Made by a program: the position numbers and the translations under genes. A DNA stretch of 64,000 bases from Bugula neritina (lineage: Eukaryota; Animalia; Bryozoa). Shown one piece after another: positions 24,959-40,200 of this stretch. Each line of letters starts with the position of its first letter. Within the stretch, counting starts at the first letter, position 1. The stretch covers positions 2,181,628 to 2,245,627 of the forward strand of contig OZ037771.1 of the NCBI GenBank assembly GCA_964035545.1, in the 5' to 3' direction. Under the pieces are notes generated by a model that searched no databases, had not been told where the DNA came from, and saw nothing but the letters and a program-made list of their open reading frames with translations.

Positions 24959-27900
24959 GAGCGTAGCTGAGTGCCTTACAGAAGTAGAAGTTTAGGGGGC
25001 ATGTTATGATACACCCGCACTCTCACTGATGTAAAAGGAATTGTTTATTAGCTTCGAGAAGTTGTATATAGTGTTAAGACATGTAATAGTGAGCTGATAA
25101 CTCCCGGTGCACATTTTCATGGTAGACTATACATATTAGGGCCGTTATAAGATGACTGATAAAAATGTTGTGTGTAGGCTCATGGTTTGTTCTCACTCAC
25201 GCTGCAATCAAATTGATTGAATTATCAACTCATTACAACTGTAATCTGAATGATGTTTTAAGAGGTTTGTTTACATAATTTGTAATTAATGTTATTTTAG
25301 CTATCTGGGTTATTAAAAGTATTTTAACCATAATTTATTGGTTGATGTAGAATATTTTTCATAAACAAAAGCACCCTATTCTTTGTTTTATGAATGTGTA
25401 ATTGTGCTGTTTTTAATCAGGTTTTGTTATGATTGCATACTTTTATTGATGGACTACAGATTGAAAACAAAAAGAAAAAAGTATGTTAGAATTATTAATA
25501 TCATTTCACGTCAAATCTGCAGTACCAAAATAAAAGTAGAGAAATATAGTCATAGTACATTTTAACAATAATATATTTTGCAGCCTATTTGTTCCCTCAT
25601 TTCACTTAAGTACAGTAAATACCATGCTGGTTTTCAAAATCAAATGATGACAGTACAGGCTGTCTGTTGTTTATTTCATCTCCAACCATTTGATCATTGG
25701 CTGGCAGCAACTTGTCTGCAACACATCTGCCTTGCGCTGCCTGTGTAATCATACTCCTCTTAAGAGTTATGTGTCCTTGTTTTATTAAGAACCAAGAGAA
25801 TATAAATCTTTGTAAAGCATTTTTGGTCATGAGTATAGTGGGTGTTGTTATTTCATAGATTCCAGCTCTATGTTATACAGATTTGATGCAGTGAAAGGTA
25901 ATAGATACTCTTATAATATTCCGCAATAATATCCCTCTATGAGATTTGTCTTCTCTTTGCACATAATCAACATTGTTGAACTGGTCCACCTGTTCTCAAG
26001 CTGTGATAGTAACTTATGACTAGATTACTAAATCATTGGCTTCCAAAAGCTAAACACATAAGCTGGTCATACAGCCATGCTATTGGCTATTTTTCTTACA
26101 GCTTAGATTTTTGAACACTTGGTTAAATGGGTTAGTTGACCATAAGATATGCAGTGATTCACACAGCAATGGAATGCTATGCATCTTAAATGAACTCTTG
26201 TAATGGTTGACCAAATCTCTTTCAAAAACATGCCACAAAACCTTTTTAGGGGTACGATCTACTCATTGCTAACAGAGTAACAGGCCAACTATGATGCAAA
26301 CTATTGTGATAGGTTTCTGAAAAATGATGTGCTGTGTAACATTTTTCATATAGCCTATAGTCAACAAATATATAATATGATGCCTCTAACTTTTGGCAGG
26401 TATTTAATTACCTTTTTTTACTTTTGTAGCTAAATTAGTTATCATTTCAGTAAAACCCAGATTCTCATTGCATGTGTTGCTTTTTATCTTCTCAAGCCAT
26501 AAAGCATTTCCTTTAGTAGGTGTATCATTATCACCCTTCATATATAAATTCCTTTGTTTCCAACAAGCAATGTGTTTTACTATTAGTACAAAAAATAACT
26601 AGATTATCTTATTTGTATAATATACTTTATCAGCTAAAGTAAATCTGTGTGTGTTAGTTTATATCATGATTGTGTAACTTTGTTTGCTATGTTGGTATTC
26701 TACTATACTTCGGTATGTCTCTCAGTTGCAATAGATTTATAGTGCAAGCTCTCACTGGATGGATCTCAATGCATATGTATACAAGTTTTGAAATTTAATA
26801 AAATGCATGAATTGCAAATGTGACCTAGTTTTATACATATATCACTGGTACTTTTTATTATCTTGTTTATAAATTTAAAAAGCTTTTCTCAAATACTGTA
26901 CATCTCAAAATGTGCTCTTCTCTTTGACATTCTGTTAGGTTTAAGCTGTTGGAAATCCTATGAGATGTGTTGGGACGCTATAACAATTTCACACATGACT
27001 TGCTACTGCATTATGGGTAAACTAACAATTTATTAATATTTATAATGCATTTTCTATCAAGCTATATATACCCGCAATAATAAACCCCAGAGATTTGATA
27101 AACTATACTTACGTGCAGTACACTGAAGTTGTAGTTAGTTCATGGTGAAGTTTTTTCCAACAATTAATATATTTCTCTTTGCATCTTTTTTAATAAACTC
27201 ACTAATATCAATCAATTAATTAATATATGCAAAAATCAGCTGTGCCATTTAATCCTTTACAAAATGCAGTTCTTCTATCAAAGGTATTTATATGACATTT
27301 TGTAAAAAAAATTATTTTTTTAATGGTAGCTTTATTTACTAGTCCTTGTCTATAATTGTATTCAAAGTTGAAGCACTAACTTAAAAAGCAGCTATGACCA
27401 AAGACATTTCAAAGATTCAGCAATAATCTCATACTTACCAATTAATGGAGAAACATTGAATGATAGATAATGGAAAACGAATTCCAGAGAAGATAACTTC
27501 AAAATAATTTTCAACCAGTTCTGAGATTTCACCATGGATTGATTATCCCAGAGCAGGCAGCTACTAAAGCTAGCTTGTCAAGTAGTTTACCAACACTCTA
27601 AATATGCCACTCATTGATGGTTATTAATTTTCTTTCACTCTATTAACTGATTTAAGATGCTACAATAATCACCTATTGTCCACAGAGTGTAAGGATATTG
27701 GTCTATGCGGCTATTAGCTATTGCATGTCACACTATTATTTGAATAATACTATTGACTGTCAGTGTTTACTTAGCCACAGTATTACATGTTGGATTAAGT
27801 CTGTTTGCATGTACAAGAGCGAGTACAGCACCTCTAGGCAACTTTAAGAAGATAGCTGCTTCTCAAAATCTTCCTACAGTAGATACTCTCGTGAAAGAAG

Positions 27901-28258
27901 CAGACGGATGTGCTTGATTTATAGAAGTAATGCCTGTCAAAACATGTGACTGTAGCATTTAATCAGTGCTAAATCAGTGCGACTCCGGCACACCTGGTGT
28001 GACTGACTACAATGGATTAGCTAATGGAGGCATAACAGTTTGCAGGTTTGCTGTGTTGGCTTATTGGAAATATCTCTGCTACGTTGTTTACACTGCATAT
28101 CAATGTGGAATGATGTATTACTTTAATGCAAGTCTGCATTTTAAACACATAGGTTAGGTTTCAACTTCACGCCAATCAATATTGTAGTGGTATTAGCTGG
28201 GGACCACCTTTTCATATCGAGCTATTGTAAACAACAAATCCGCTTACAACAGAGTAAT

Positions 28259-31200
28259 ATGGATGCGAGGCATCGAGGTAGAGGCAGCGGCTATGATATT
28301 AATTATTCTCTAGATAATCATAATGAGTACGGATTGAAATCTGCAGCTAGTGTTCCCTTATCAAGGCAATCTTATCACGGAGTAGAGGAAGAGACTGGAG
28401 GAAGTAGTAACGGCAGCGAGTCACTGATCAGACATAGCGATACTCAGTTTGACTCAAGCGCTGACGAGACTGTCATACCTTCTATGATAGGTGAGACCAA
28501 TAGTCAGCGATATATTAGCAGCACTTCTATTGGAGCCGTCGGCTGTTTTGATCCTGAGTCGTCCCCGAAATCTCTGCACAGCCGGTTGACAAGGCGCAGT
28601 ATAGACACGGACCAGTGCGGCACCCTCTACGAGGTCACCCTACAAACAGAGCAAGACCTAGAATATAGCAAAAGCAACAACGTCATGGCTGAGCCTGCTG
28701 TTGCTTCTGCTGCTGAAAACAGCATTGAACAATGTGACGAAAGTCAGCGTCTTGTCAGCAGTCCAGCTCCACCAGAGACTTCGAAAGTAGAAGAAGCTGG
28801 AGTTATACAAAGGACAAAAGGTAAGATGTTGAGTGTTTATATGTGGCCAGTAACTTATTTTTGTCACACGGTTTAGTGTAGAGGTAATTGACCTTCTTGA
28901 GATGGTGTTTCATGAGCCAACTTAGTGCAAAGTCTTGCACACATAACAGTAACGCATTGAGTAGGTATAGCTGAGTGGTTTGTGCAGGTTTCTTAAGTAC
29001 GGGCACTATTTAGGGTCTAAGATAAGAGAGTTTTGTGTGAATTTAGCAGTTGTACAAAGTCTCTACTCTAGTATATTGAGCCCTCAGTTGAGTTCAATAT
29101 ACACACTAAATCAAGAATCGTAAATCATATAAAGTCACTCCATTACTGTCAAAGTTTCATACAAAGGCATTACTTCATCAAGTTTGCCAATAAGTGTATC
29201 TTATTGCCAATTTTAAACTGTGAATCACAGAGCACTGTTTCAATTGATCTTTTACTAAGCATAGTGTTATGCTGGCATCTAATATGAGGAGGTGGGGGGC
29301 ATAAGACAGCCATCAGTGTAGGCTCCAGCTTTTGCCAAATTTTTCTCCACTTGCTATAAACATATTTTACAATACAGTTTATGTAACTCATTCTTCTCTT
29401 TAAGGTGCATTGTTTCATTAAGTTAAACAGTATTCAGTAATGTAAAAAAATTGTTTACAGCGTAAACATTGCATTCAAAAATTTGATTACTTCTAATAAA
29501 TGCAAATACTGTCTTTATAATTACATCACTTGTATAACCTGTAAATATTTTCCTTCATAGGCTACTAGTTATTGAGAATTAATGGTTAGTTAACTAGCTA
29601 GTGCTCAAAATATTAGCATTTATTTAAAGTATTTGAAGAATGTGCATAACAAATTCTTCTATTAGTGACTCACCCATCTGGATTGTAGCAACATGATTTA
29701 TCTACACATGTAGATGTATATGTACACATGTGCATAGTATGTGCATGTACATAATATACAGATTTATATGTAAGTTTAAATGTGTAAACACACATGTATA
29801 CATTTAAATGTAGATATAAGCTAAAGGAATAAGTTATAAAGCTCATTAAGTTAGTTAGATTCATAAGATAAATTGAAGCATGGTCTGCAGATATAGCTGG
29901 TTTTGTTGAAGTTGTGTATACAGGTTGTGTTCTGCACTTTTTAATGGCTATCAGAACATAAATTAGTTTTCTATTCTCTATTCAACACATTATTGACTCT
30001 TATACTACTATAAGTTTATATCCAGTCCTCTAATACTGGTAATGTAAACTATTTGCGCAAACCATAATTATAAGAGGGAAACAGAAGTGTGAATCAATGA
30101 ATTCAATTTATTATATGTCTGCAAGTATAGCAATCCAGAGAAAGCCTTTGTTCGTACACTGAGAAGGGGGCAGTCTTTGAGTTTAAATCATTAACATGTG
30201 TATATCTTCTAATCAAAATGAATAAATGAAACTCCATGTCTATAATATATTTTCCTACATGAAAACTGGCCATAAACTTTAAGCTGACTAGTGAATATTA
30301 ATAAATGCTTTAAATAGCTGTTGAGTGTATTTTCTAAAATTATCTCCAGTGCATTATCTTTCATGTACATGGTCTATTTCAACACAGGATACATTTTATC
30401 AGCTTAGAATAGTGAATAAAGACTTATTTCTAAGTGTAACTTACACATATATAGTTGATTACGTGAACATTTATAAATTTAGTGATAACCATTAGTGTCT
30501 CACATTTTATGTTGTACTTACCGTGTACAGTAGGTTACTTCCAATGTCATGCAATAGTATACTATTATCATAATGAGCATGAACTGAAATCAACTGAATT
30601 AAATATAATTGTTGCAAATTGCAATAGCTTTTTCAATCATTTATAAGTTGAAAAAGTTTAGCCGATACCGAGTTGAAAGAAAGCAATTAAAAGTGTGCGA
30701 AATTTTCAAGATTTACAATATTATCTTGGAAAATTTGAACTAAATCAAAAATTATAATATTGGCATAATGTTTATTAATAATGGTTTGATGCATGTAGAA
30801 ATGACATCCAGTTTTAACTATAGGTCTCACTGTTTGCTCTTTTTTCAACTCTCACTATAAACTTAAACTCAATCATATATAACTATGCAAAATAATATTC
30901 ACATCTGCACACTTGCAAACACATGTAGACAGCTATTTATAAAATAGAAGAATCAAATAGTAATTTAGTGACATTTCAAGTAGTATTTACTCAATATATT
31001 GATTTTATGAAATATACATTAGCATTAAATTCTCAACTTCAACACTATAATAGCTAAAGTATATATAAAACCCCTTATTGACTGTCACTTATATCTCTAA
31101 CCATTATAACCCATTCTATGAAGTACTTGTCGCTGCACCTACTTCATTATAAGTAAGTAAATAATCAAGTAGCACTCAGTTCTGTCCAACTTGCCTCCTA

Positions 31201-34200
31201 ATATGTCATAACATTATGACATTTTATATAAAAATGTTCTTTACTAAATATATGTCCGTTTTTCCATCTCTCACCTCCATTTTATTACCATTATTTTCCA
31301 CTTGTATAATATATATTCATACTTCATTGACAACTCAGCACATTAAGCATTATAATCAGAATTGCTGGCAATAAAATAGAAAATAGCTAGTAAATTCAAT
31401 ATATTTGATTAAAATTCAAATGGAAATTACAATAAATTTCTTTTTTACAATTAAATAAAATACTATTATGTTTATTTTCATCTGTTTGATGCTGTCTGTG
31501 TTAGCATTTAACTGTTTTGGTAAAATACTGTTTTCTTAATTACCAATAATTAGTTCCTTTGCCTGGTGTATATTATGTAACATCAGCACTGCTAGTTTAA
31601 CTATGGTGTAACTATGACTGGCATAACTATAATATAACTATAACTAGGATAAATAACTGTATTATATAGTGCAACTATATGTACATTATTATTAGTAAAT
31701 ATTTTGAATATTTTAGCTCATTGTAAATACATATCTGTGAATTGCTTGTTAAATAGCAAGTTAAAGACACTACTCAAAAGTATTTCAAATCAGCATTATT
31801 GACACATTTAGCATCATCTGAACTTAAAAGTCTTATATCGAAATGTGGTCAGCAGTTACCGAGCCTTAATGTTGTATGATCTCTTGAACTGACCCTAAAC
31901 TGGGTGCGTGGTCTACTTTTTCAACTAGAGGTGGAAGCTAGTGGGAGTTGTATTATCAAATTTAGCAGCCTTCAAGAAAAAAAGTGTTAATTATTTGCAT
32001 AATCAGGCTACTATGCTATACTATGCTACTGAGGGCAGCAATTTTCAATTTTGCAGACAGCTCAGGTGCAAATGAGAGTTATCTCCCCAAAAATACTGTA
32101 CAATTATCTTGGAAAATGTTGGATTAGTGCTACAGGTAATACTTGTTTCCATTATATGCTGTGTATTTTATATACCATACACTTAATAATACAATTCAAA
32201 TCATACTTTGATAAAACTTTATGACTCAATATATAGTCAGCATTTAAACTTTTTCTAGTTAAATATAATAATATAATAATATAATATGATAATACCTACA
32301 GCTATATGTAATAATAGTCATCTTAACAGCTATGTGGAACAGATATGCAACATGCTGAAGACTTTATCAAATACAATTTTATATAAATGAATGCAGAACT
32401 TTTGGAACCAATAGATATATTATATGTAAATCCAAGGCTTTTAAACTTTCAAAATAACACACCAACTAATTCCTATTTTTAAATAAGCTGTAAAGTCTTT
32501 ATATTTCACTTATAACTATCTATAAGAACAAGCTATCCAATGCGCTTACTTCATATTTATATTATAACAGTAATTGGAGTTGTCTTGCTAACTTATTTCA
32601 AACGCTGCATGAGTTTTCAACTAAATACAAGACTAGATATTAATATCTCATAATTTTGCTTTAAACATCCTTACTATTATATACTTACATCTGCTCAATC
32701 ATTAAAACTAAGACGTATTCCAACAGCAAGTAAAACTTACACATGTAATAATGTACATTCGTACAGTCTATAAATTGCTACTGATAACCTGCGTATAAAT
32801 ATACAATAGGTTACTATAACTATACGTAAGGTTACACATTATGTTGTACATTAGGATATCAAGAAAGCATAATATATAAATGAACAAGCGATACATTGTT
32901 AGGCTCTTCGCAACACATTATTAGCTAGTAAACTGCATTTAATGGCTACCCTCATCAACTCTATTACATCCATTATAAAACTGCGATACTACATCATGTT
33001 GGCTCTATGTGCCACTCAAGTTGTTGTGAAGTTTTTCTGTCGGCACTTTGCTATTCAGCTGTACTACTAGAACAAAGTTGTCTCTTTTATTCTGACTTTG
33101 ATTGCTGCTGCTGCCGTTACTATGGTCATGCGTTCGTACGACTTTAAGAGATGTAAGTAGACATTTTTAAAAATTAAATAAGATTTAGTACTAAGACTAA
33201 GAAATTAGCTCAGTTTACTGTCACAGTACTGTTTCTTACATCTGTCATAACTTAAAATTAGTTTGCATGCAGTGACTGTGGTAAATATGTGTGCGATGTA
33301 GCCAATAGTAGGGCAGTGTTGGTGGTTTGTTATGACTCATAATTATTATGTTAGTCGTGAATCTCATTCACTCCAAGGTGTAATGCGTGGGAGAACCTGA
33401 CAACGTCTCTCTATCAACCAGTAGGATAAAAATGCGTTTTGACTCAACACTTTTATATAATAACTTTTTTTTACATATTATCAGCATTTAATAGCAGTTG
33501 TTATCTTACAATGCATACAGTTTGATAAAACATTTATAAATTATAAACTTTTTCCCACCCACGTACACAAGACAAAGGTGGTGAAGGCGATGCACCTATA
33601 TAAACATTTTTAAAAATATTTTCGGTATTTTAAACTAAATAATATTTGTTCAACAATATATTTGTTATGGCAATGCTGAAATAATGGTGCTAGATTAACG
33701 CCAGTGAAAATAATAAATATTTACTGTAAATCTCCTATAGCAAGTCACACTGCCTAAGTAAGCCTATAGCTCACATGCAGCCTTGTAGTATAATGCTCAC
33801 TGCATTTATTTGCAATAAATAATGTATTCATTAACCTACATATTACTATTATACAGCTTCTTAAGACTACAGCTCTGTTATTATTTTATCATTTGTCTGC
33901 AATACTTCAACTTATACAAGCATCTAAGAAACTGTGTTTTGTTACAATCTGCATCAGTATTCACATGGACTTGACTTTTCTTTGTAAAGCTTAAATACAA
34001 TCACCATCTATAAAAGTTTTACAATATCTTTCAAAGTACAGAAATTAGAAGTTTTTATGCAGACTGAAAAAGTTAAATTGGCCATAGTTAATAATTTTTC
34101 CAATATATATATAAATATATATATATGAAGAGTTATAATTTTTGTACTCAAAAAGTATTAAACTTGCTGCCACTCCTTAAGTTGTATGAACCATTCATCA

Positions 34201-37200
34201 TATGAGCTACTAATGCATTTAAACAAGTAAAATTATGAGTTACTAGAGAAGCAATTGATATACATTGTAATTTGTAATTGTAGCTACTGGCGTAAGGCTA
34301 ATAATTATGGTAAGAACTGATTTGGTTATCTGGCAGTATAAATTAATACTGAGCACATAACTCCAAATAAAATTGTTGCTAATATTTGAATTCTTATATT
34401 ATTACTACTTGATGTGTCAATTATATACAATATATTGATATGCACTCTACAACTTATATTTAAATTATAAATATAAAATCAACAGTAAATAAATATCTTA
34501 TATGCAGCTATTTTTCTAAAGTAGTCAATATTCTTTTAAAATGATGAATTAAACATAAAACAAATGTAAACACATACCTCGTGCTATAAGCTATATAAAA
34601 TTATTTTATTCTATAAAGTAGAAACAAAGTTACTGTTATCTCACCTTTGCCTTCCCAGTGTGGTTTTTCATCTTTCATCACATTGTCACTTACAAATTCC
34701 AACAACAATACAAATCTGGCCTAAAATATGCAACAATCAAATCAAGAAACAACAGAATTAAAGTCAATGTTGTTATTAAACAGAGTTTTGTGTACTTTGC
34801 TGTTTCTTTGGCTAAATTTGTTAGATTGTTTTTCTTAATGCCAACTATAATCTCTTCACTTGTTGATTTAGAGTCATCTTTAGTAAAATTTACAGTAAAG
34901 TTACAAAACTTGCAGCTGTAGTCTAATGGTTAGTCTTAGAGTAATGTGGGCTTAGTAAGCACAAGGTCATTAGTTCAAATCTTGGTAAAAGCCATTAGCG
35001 ATTTTAGGATGGGCATTTGGTTATCACATCAGAATATCTTTGATATCAGAAGTATGTTGTGTATCAATCTCAGTTTGAGTGATGGAGACATGGCCACAGG
35101 TCGAAACAGGTCGAGGCCGATTTTGGTTGGCTTGAAGCAGCTATAGGTTGAACTCAGATCGAGTTCAGACCAATAAGAGATGAACTATAACTCGTGTACC
35201 AAAGAGGTAAAAAAAGTAGGCTGTCGGAGAAAACTATGCATCATAATAAAAAATGTAAAGACAGCCAACTCTCTGCTCAGACTAGCTGTAGTTGAACTGA
35301 GATAAATATGAGAGAAACTAATGAAAGAAAGTGCTTCTCATAATTACCTGCTAATAGCAAAGTGGTTGGAATTTGCATATATTATATATGGAGACAACTT
35401 ATAGCCAATGAGCTAAATTGCCTTGGCTTTAACAGATTTTCTGCACACAAAATAGGGAAGCAGCCAGCTACTAGTATAGCAATCTTAGCCATGAGATATA
35501 AACAATATAGTCTAACATAAACTAGTTCTCCGGTTACTCTAAACATTTATGAGCAAGTGAAATACCAGATTACTCTGCTATACAACTTTCCACTTACTCT
35601 TCGCAATCATTAAGTACCCATAATGGTTTACAAAAAATCTCCAGATGTTAAAAGATTTGGTTTGACCCGGGAGTAGTAAACCGCAATAATTAATCGCCAT
35701 GGATACAAATGATGCGTCTACCAGCAAGTTCTGGTTAAAATTATGAATTGTGGAAGTCGTACAAATTTTATATGCTAAGAAGAAATTGGTGTGAGCAGAC
35801 ATGTGGAAACATACAAAGATGTCTCATCACACGTTCATAGGCAATCAGCAAGAGTTAGCTCAGTACGAAGATAGGGCTTTAATGAACGAGGACGCTAAGG
35901 GAACTGATGGTACGTTGAATGTTGCAACTTTCTGTGAACACTCTTCATTAAAAAGTGTACCAAGTTTTCTATTGTTGCAGTTTTGCTGGTAACAAATCCT
36001 AAACTCTATCAATTTGGTTGGTTTCAACAAATTCGAGACAGTAGAATTGTGGGATTTTATTTTTGTTTAAAAATGCACCAATGTAAAAATATATCAAGAG
36101 TTAATTGCAACAGTAGTAGTATCTAGCATTCAGTACTGGGCCTAGAGATATTGCAGTGCGCAGTAGTAGTTGAAATCAGTCGCAAGTGGTGATGGTAATA
36201 GTAGAATGTTGCTCAAGTAAAATACATGGCAACAATGCGACAGTATCAGATAGCATATGTATGGCATAACTGTCAACCAATCATGCATGAGGTCAAAGGG
36301 TAGTGTTATAACAGTTTCAGTGGATTCCACACGCATTTTTCTATACACTGTCACCTCGAAAATAGCATAGAAGCAATTAATGCAGTGGGAGTTTATTTCT
36401 AAAACTAATTTGTACGACTAAAAGTACTACTATAACTAATAGTTCTACTACTTTTAATACTGCTATTTCTCGGCCAGTAATCAGTACAAGGCTCAGCTCA
36501 CACCGCCCACATTCACACTCATATTGATCCTGAATCTGATATTTTGACTCTTCAGAAGTACTAGTAGCTGCATTCGCTCACCATGCCTAGTCACGTTGGT
36601 AAGTTAATGTTGTGAGTTCAACTTACTGTTTTTTATAGAGGAGTAATTCGAAGATTCACTGCTAAAACTGTTCAATGCGAAATATTAATAAATAGTAACA
36701 AGTATACATTAAAATTTAAATATCAAGTGTAATATGGTAAAGCTGTTTACTGTTAATGTTACAGATATAGTATAATACTAATACTAATAGTAATAGCGTT
36801 AGATTAAGATATATTTTTATCAGTGAGCTGATAGGGAAAGGCTTCTGATTTTGGATTATCAATACCATTATTATCAACAACATGAACATCATATCTTATT
36901 GATATGTTTAGTAGTCGCTGGGAAATACTAATTTGTTTCTTGTTTTATTTCTTTCCAAAGATATTTTATGATAAATATAATTCCTAAATAGAATTATTCA
37001 TTCATTGATAGTAGAGAATTATAGATTCTGTCTGCATAATATGTCTAGTTGTTATTAAATGCTGCTTTGGCAGCTCACATTGGGCTTCTATTGGCTCTCT
37101 ATTGGTTGAGTTATGCTCCATCTTACTTGATTTACTTACTTGATTTACTACTTGATTTACTTACTTTACTTACTTGCTTTACTTGATCAGTGCTTGTTTG

Positions 37201-40200
37201 AGGACATTAGTTTTAGTACTTCCTTTTAATACTTTCTTTCAAATTAAACATCAGGAAACTGAGCTGCATTTATTAGAATATAATAGCAAAATATTTCAAT
37301 AGAAATCATTGCCAACTTGACTCAAGCTTTTACTGAGATAAGACACTAAGTTCCCTGTTTAACTTTATATAGCAAGCACTGAGAGTAAAAATGTTATCTA
37401 AGTTTCTATTTTTGTGGTAGTGCAGGCTTTATTTTCTATATAAAGTAGATTACAACCACTGGTTTCTATAAACACCAAACAAACATTGGGTGTAGTAGCT
37501 ATGGTAAACTTTCTCTCTACCAGTATAATATTTTCAATAATCATGACTAGGCTTTGATTTCTTTATTTTTGGCAATGTTTCCCAACTTTTCGTTGCTCTA
37601 ATCAATGCAAAAAACAACTTTCAACTGCAATAGCGGGATAATATCGGAGTAACATTGCATGATGCATACCATTCTGATATATCATAAAGTGGTACTAGTG
37701 GGATACTCAACTATAGGCAATAAACTGAAGCTGTTGGAAATAATGACTGAATGCCTGATTGACCGTAGATGATCGTAATATTTGATCTACATGGTAATTA
37801 TAGCCCACATAATTATATATAAAGTTAGCATAGATTTACTAGCAACCATGCAAGTAGCTACGGCCATTATTGTTCAAGGATATTGCTGTTTAGATACTGC
37901 ACTTTGTACTGCTGCCAGCCTTGTGATTAGACTTCTGTGACAGCAACCACCATTGTTTATCTTCTTGTTTATAGAAGCAAAACATTTAATGCAACCTTTT
38001 CAGCTACTTCCTTCAACATATCAACAATGTGGACTACATTCAACTGCTCGCTGTTATTTCTTATTGTCTGGCTAGCTTTAGAGCTGCTGGTTTTGCCAAG
38101 ACTCCAGCAAGTTACAGCTACAATGCTGCCGCATATTCCACTCTCCACTCCAAAGCATAGCAACTGCTTTGCTCTGTAAAATGTTTTTGCTGAAGTTTTG
38201 GTTGTGTTTAAGTTTATACTAGGCAATATTTCATTGAACTGTTGATATGGAATGTGAATAGCTAGTAGACTTATTATTTCTCTTTACTGTGTTGACTTCT
38301 GTGTGAATATATCATCTAAACTTCAGCTTATTAGGAGGCTGCTGTTGCTGCTGCCTTGCCATTAGTTGTTATATATGCACTCTGCAACATCATCTTAATG
38401 TACACAGTCACTCTTGTGATTATGATTGTTCTTGTCATCACTGTACGAATCTACCATAACAGTTCAGATTTCCCAAAACTTTTTTCTTGCTCTACTTTAA
38501 ATCTGTAATCAAAAAGTTACATGGGAAAATCTTTACTTTTTTAGCAATTAACATTTAATATATGCAAGTTGGCATCTCCCTTTTGACTACCTTTCAAATC
38601 CCATAGCCTGTGTTCTATGCAATACTGTATGACTTATGCTAAGCAGCTAGTTGAAATGGTATTTATTTATATTTAGACAACATTTTATCTCTTCTCAATG
38701 ATAAATAAACAGCAGTTTTATTTATTTATTCTAAAGATGACTAAAAGTCATTGCTGATACGCTGTCAAATATGTCTCCAGTACATACCTCTGTGATTGAA
38801 TTACTACCCCTGATCTCTACTTACAATGCTAATAAATGTGCTGGAGAAACTGTTATATATTGGTAGGAGTTGTGGATCTGGTAACTAGTTATATTGAGGC
38901 TGGTTATTAACTCCCCCCTCACTTTTTACTCAGCTGAGGTAGGGGGTACTTAGGCAAAGCAGAGGGGCACTCAGGCAAGTTAGCAGGGCCACTGTCTTTA
39001 TAGGACAGCCACAGTATCATGCAGCACAATGCATCACACCTAGTGTGGTGACCAGGTGGGGTGGGTAGTATAGGTGGGGTCAGCTGATGTGTGTGCTAGC
39101 AAGTTATATTGAAGGTTAGTAGATTAGTAAGTTAGTAAGTCATGCATTAAGAGTATAGTAGATAGTGCTTCATGCTGATAGATTGTATAAACAATAGGTT
39201 GTGGGTTCGCAGTAAGTATAGTAACTAATAAATAAATAGTAAGTAACAAGTAAGCAGTTAGTAACAAGTAGTAAGTCAGTAAGTATAAGTAAGTCAGTAA
39301 GGAGTAACTAATAAGTAAGTATAGCAACTAATAAATAAGAAGTAAGCAGTAAGTAAGTAAGTAAGTAACAATAAGTAAGTAACAAGGAAGTAGTAAGTAA
39401 CAAGCAGTAAGTGAGTAAGTATAAGTAGTAAGTAACAAGTAAATGAGTAGCTGCTGCTGCACAAGCTTCTGTGGCCCACATCTAACATGTCGTCAGCCAG
39501 TGCATTCTTGTGGTCGACCTTTTGACCTGAGCAATGAATTTTGTACCAGTGCAATAGTAGGACTGTTTCTAATATTTTGGTGACTTCATCCAGTATAATA
39601 TAACATCAATGGCTTTATAGAGTTCGGCTGAGTTGGCATTGCTGAGTTCGTTCAACACATAGCCTTTGAGTTTAGTTTAACAGATAACCTTAAAGTTAAT
39701 TTCAACACATATAGCTTCAAAGTTCAACTCAACAGATAGCCTTAGCTCTTAAAGAACAGTTCAAAATTATAACCTTGAAAGATAATTCTATAGAGTTCAA
39801 CTCAACAAAAGCTGTACTGCTCGACAGCCAATTGCTAAAATTATTAGACTGAAGAATGAAATCTAGAGCTGTCGTGATATCAATATGCCACAGTTTTGTT
39901 TTAAAGCTAATTCAACTATATATTCTACCGCATGCACCACGCATCTTATCGGAGGCTGTAACAGTGTAGCTGCAGCAACACTTGCATTTGTGAATATCCT
40001 GCCTGCTGCAAGCTAATATGCAGTATAAAGCTGGTAGCAGCAAGTTTTGAACTACTTCATGGAATGGTGATGGCAGCCATTGAACGGTTTCCAAAAAAAA
40101 TTAGCTATCAGCAAAATTAACAAACTTGGCATGTCATCCGTGTTGTCATCATGTGATCATAAGTCATGTGACTGCCAAACTGCAGCACGTGACATCAGCG

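Noticed and set aside
34915-34995. Functional tRNA gene
   Set aside because: A/B-box-like motifs are present, but there is no convincing cloverleaf or acceptor stem.
35180-35206. Another M6 first exon (MNYNSCTKE|gtaaaa)
   Set aside because: Phase 0, which is incompatible with the common exon, and it lies in the SINE-like segment.
35578-35992. Coding-looking ORFs on both strands
   Set aside because: No recognisable motif or consistent splice structure. Possibly an old repeat fragment.
39124-39554. Leu/Tyr-rich minus-strand ORFs
   Set aside because: Derived from the GTAA low-complexity repeat.
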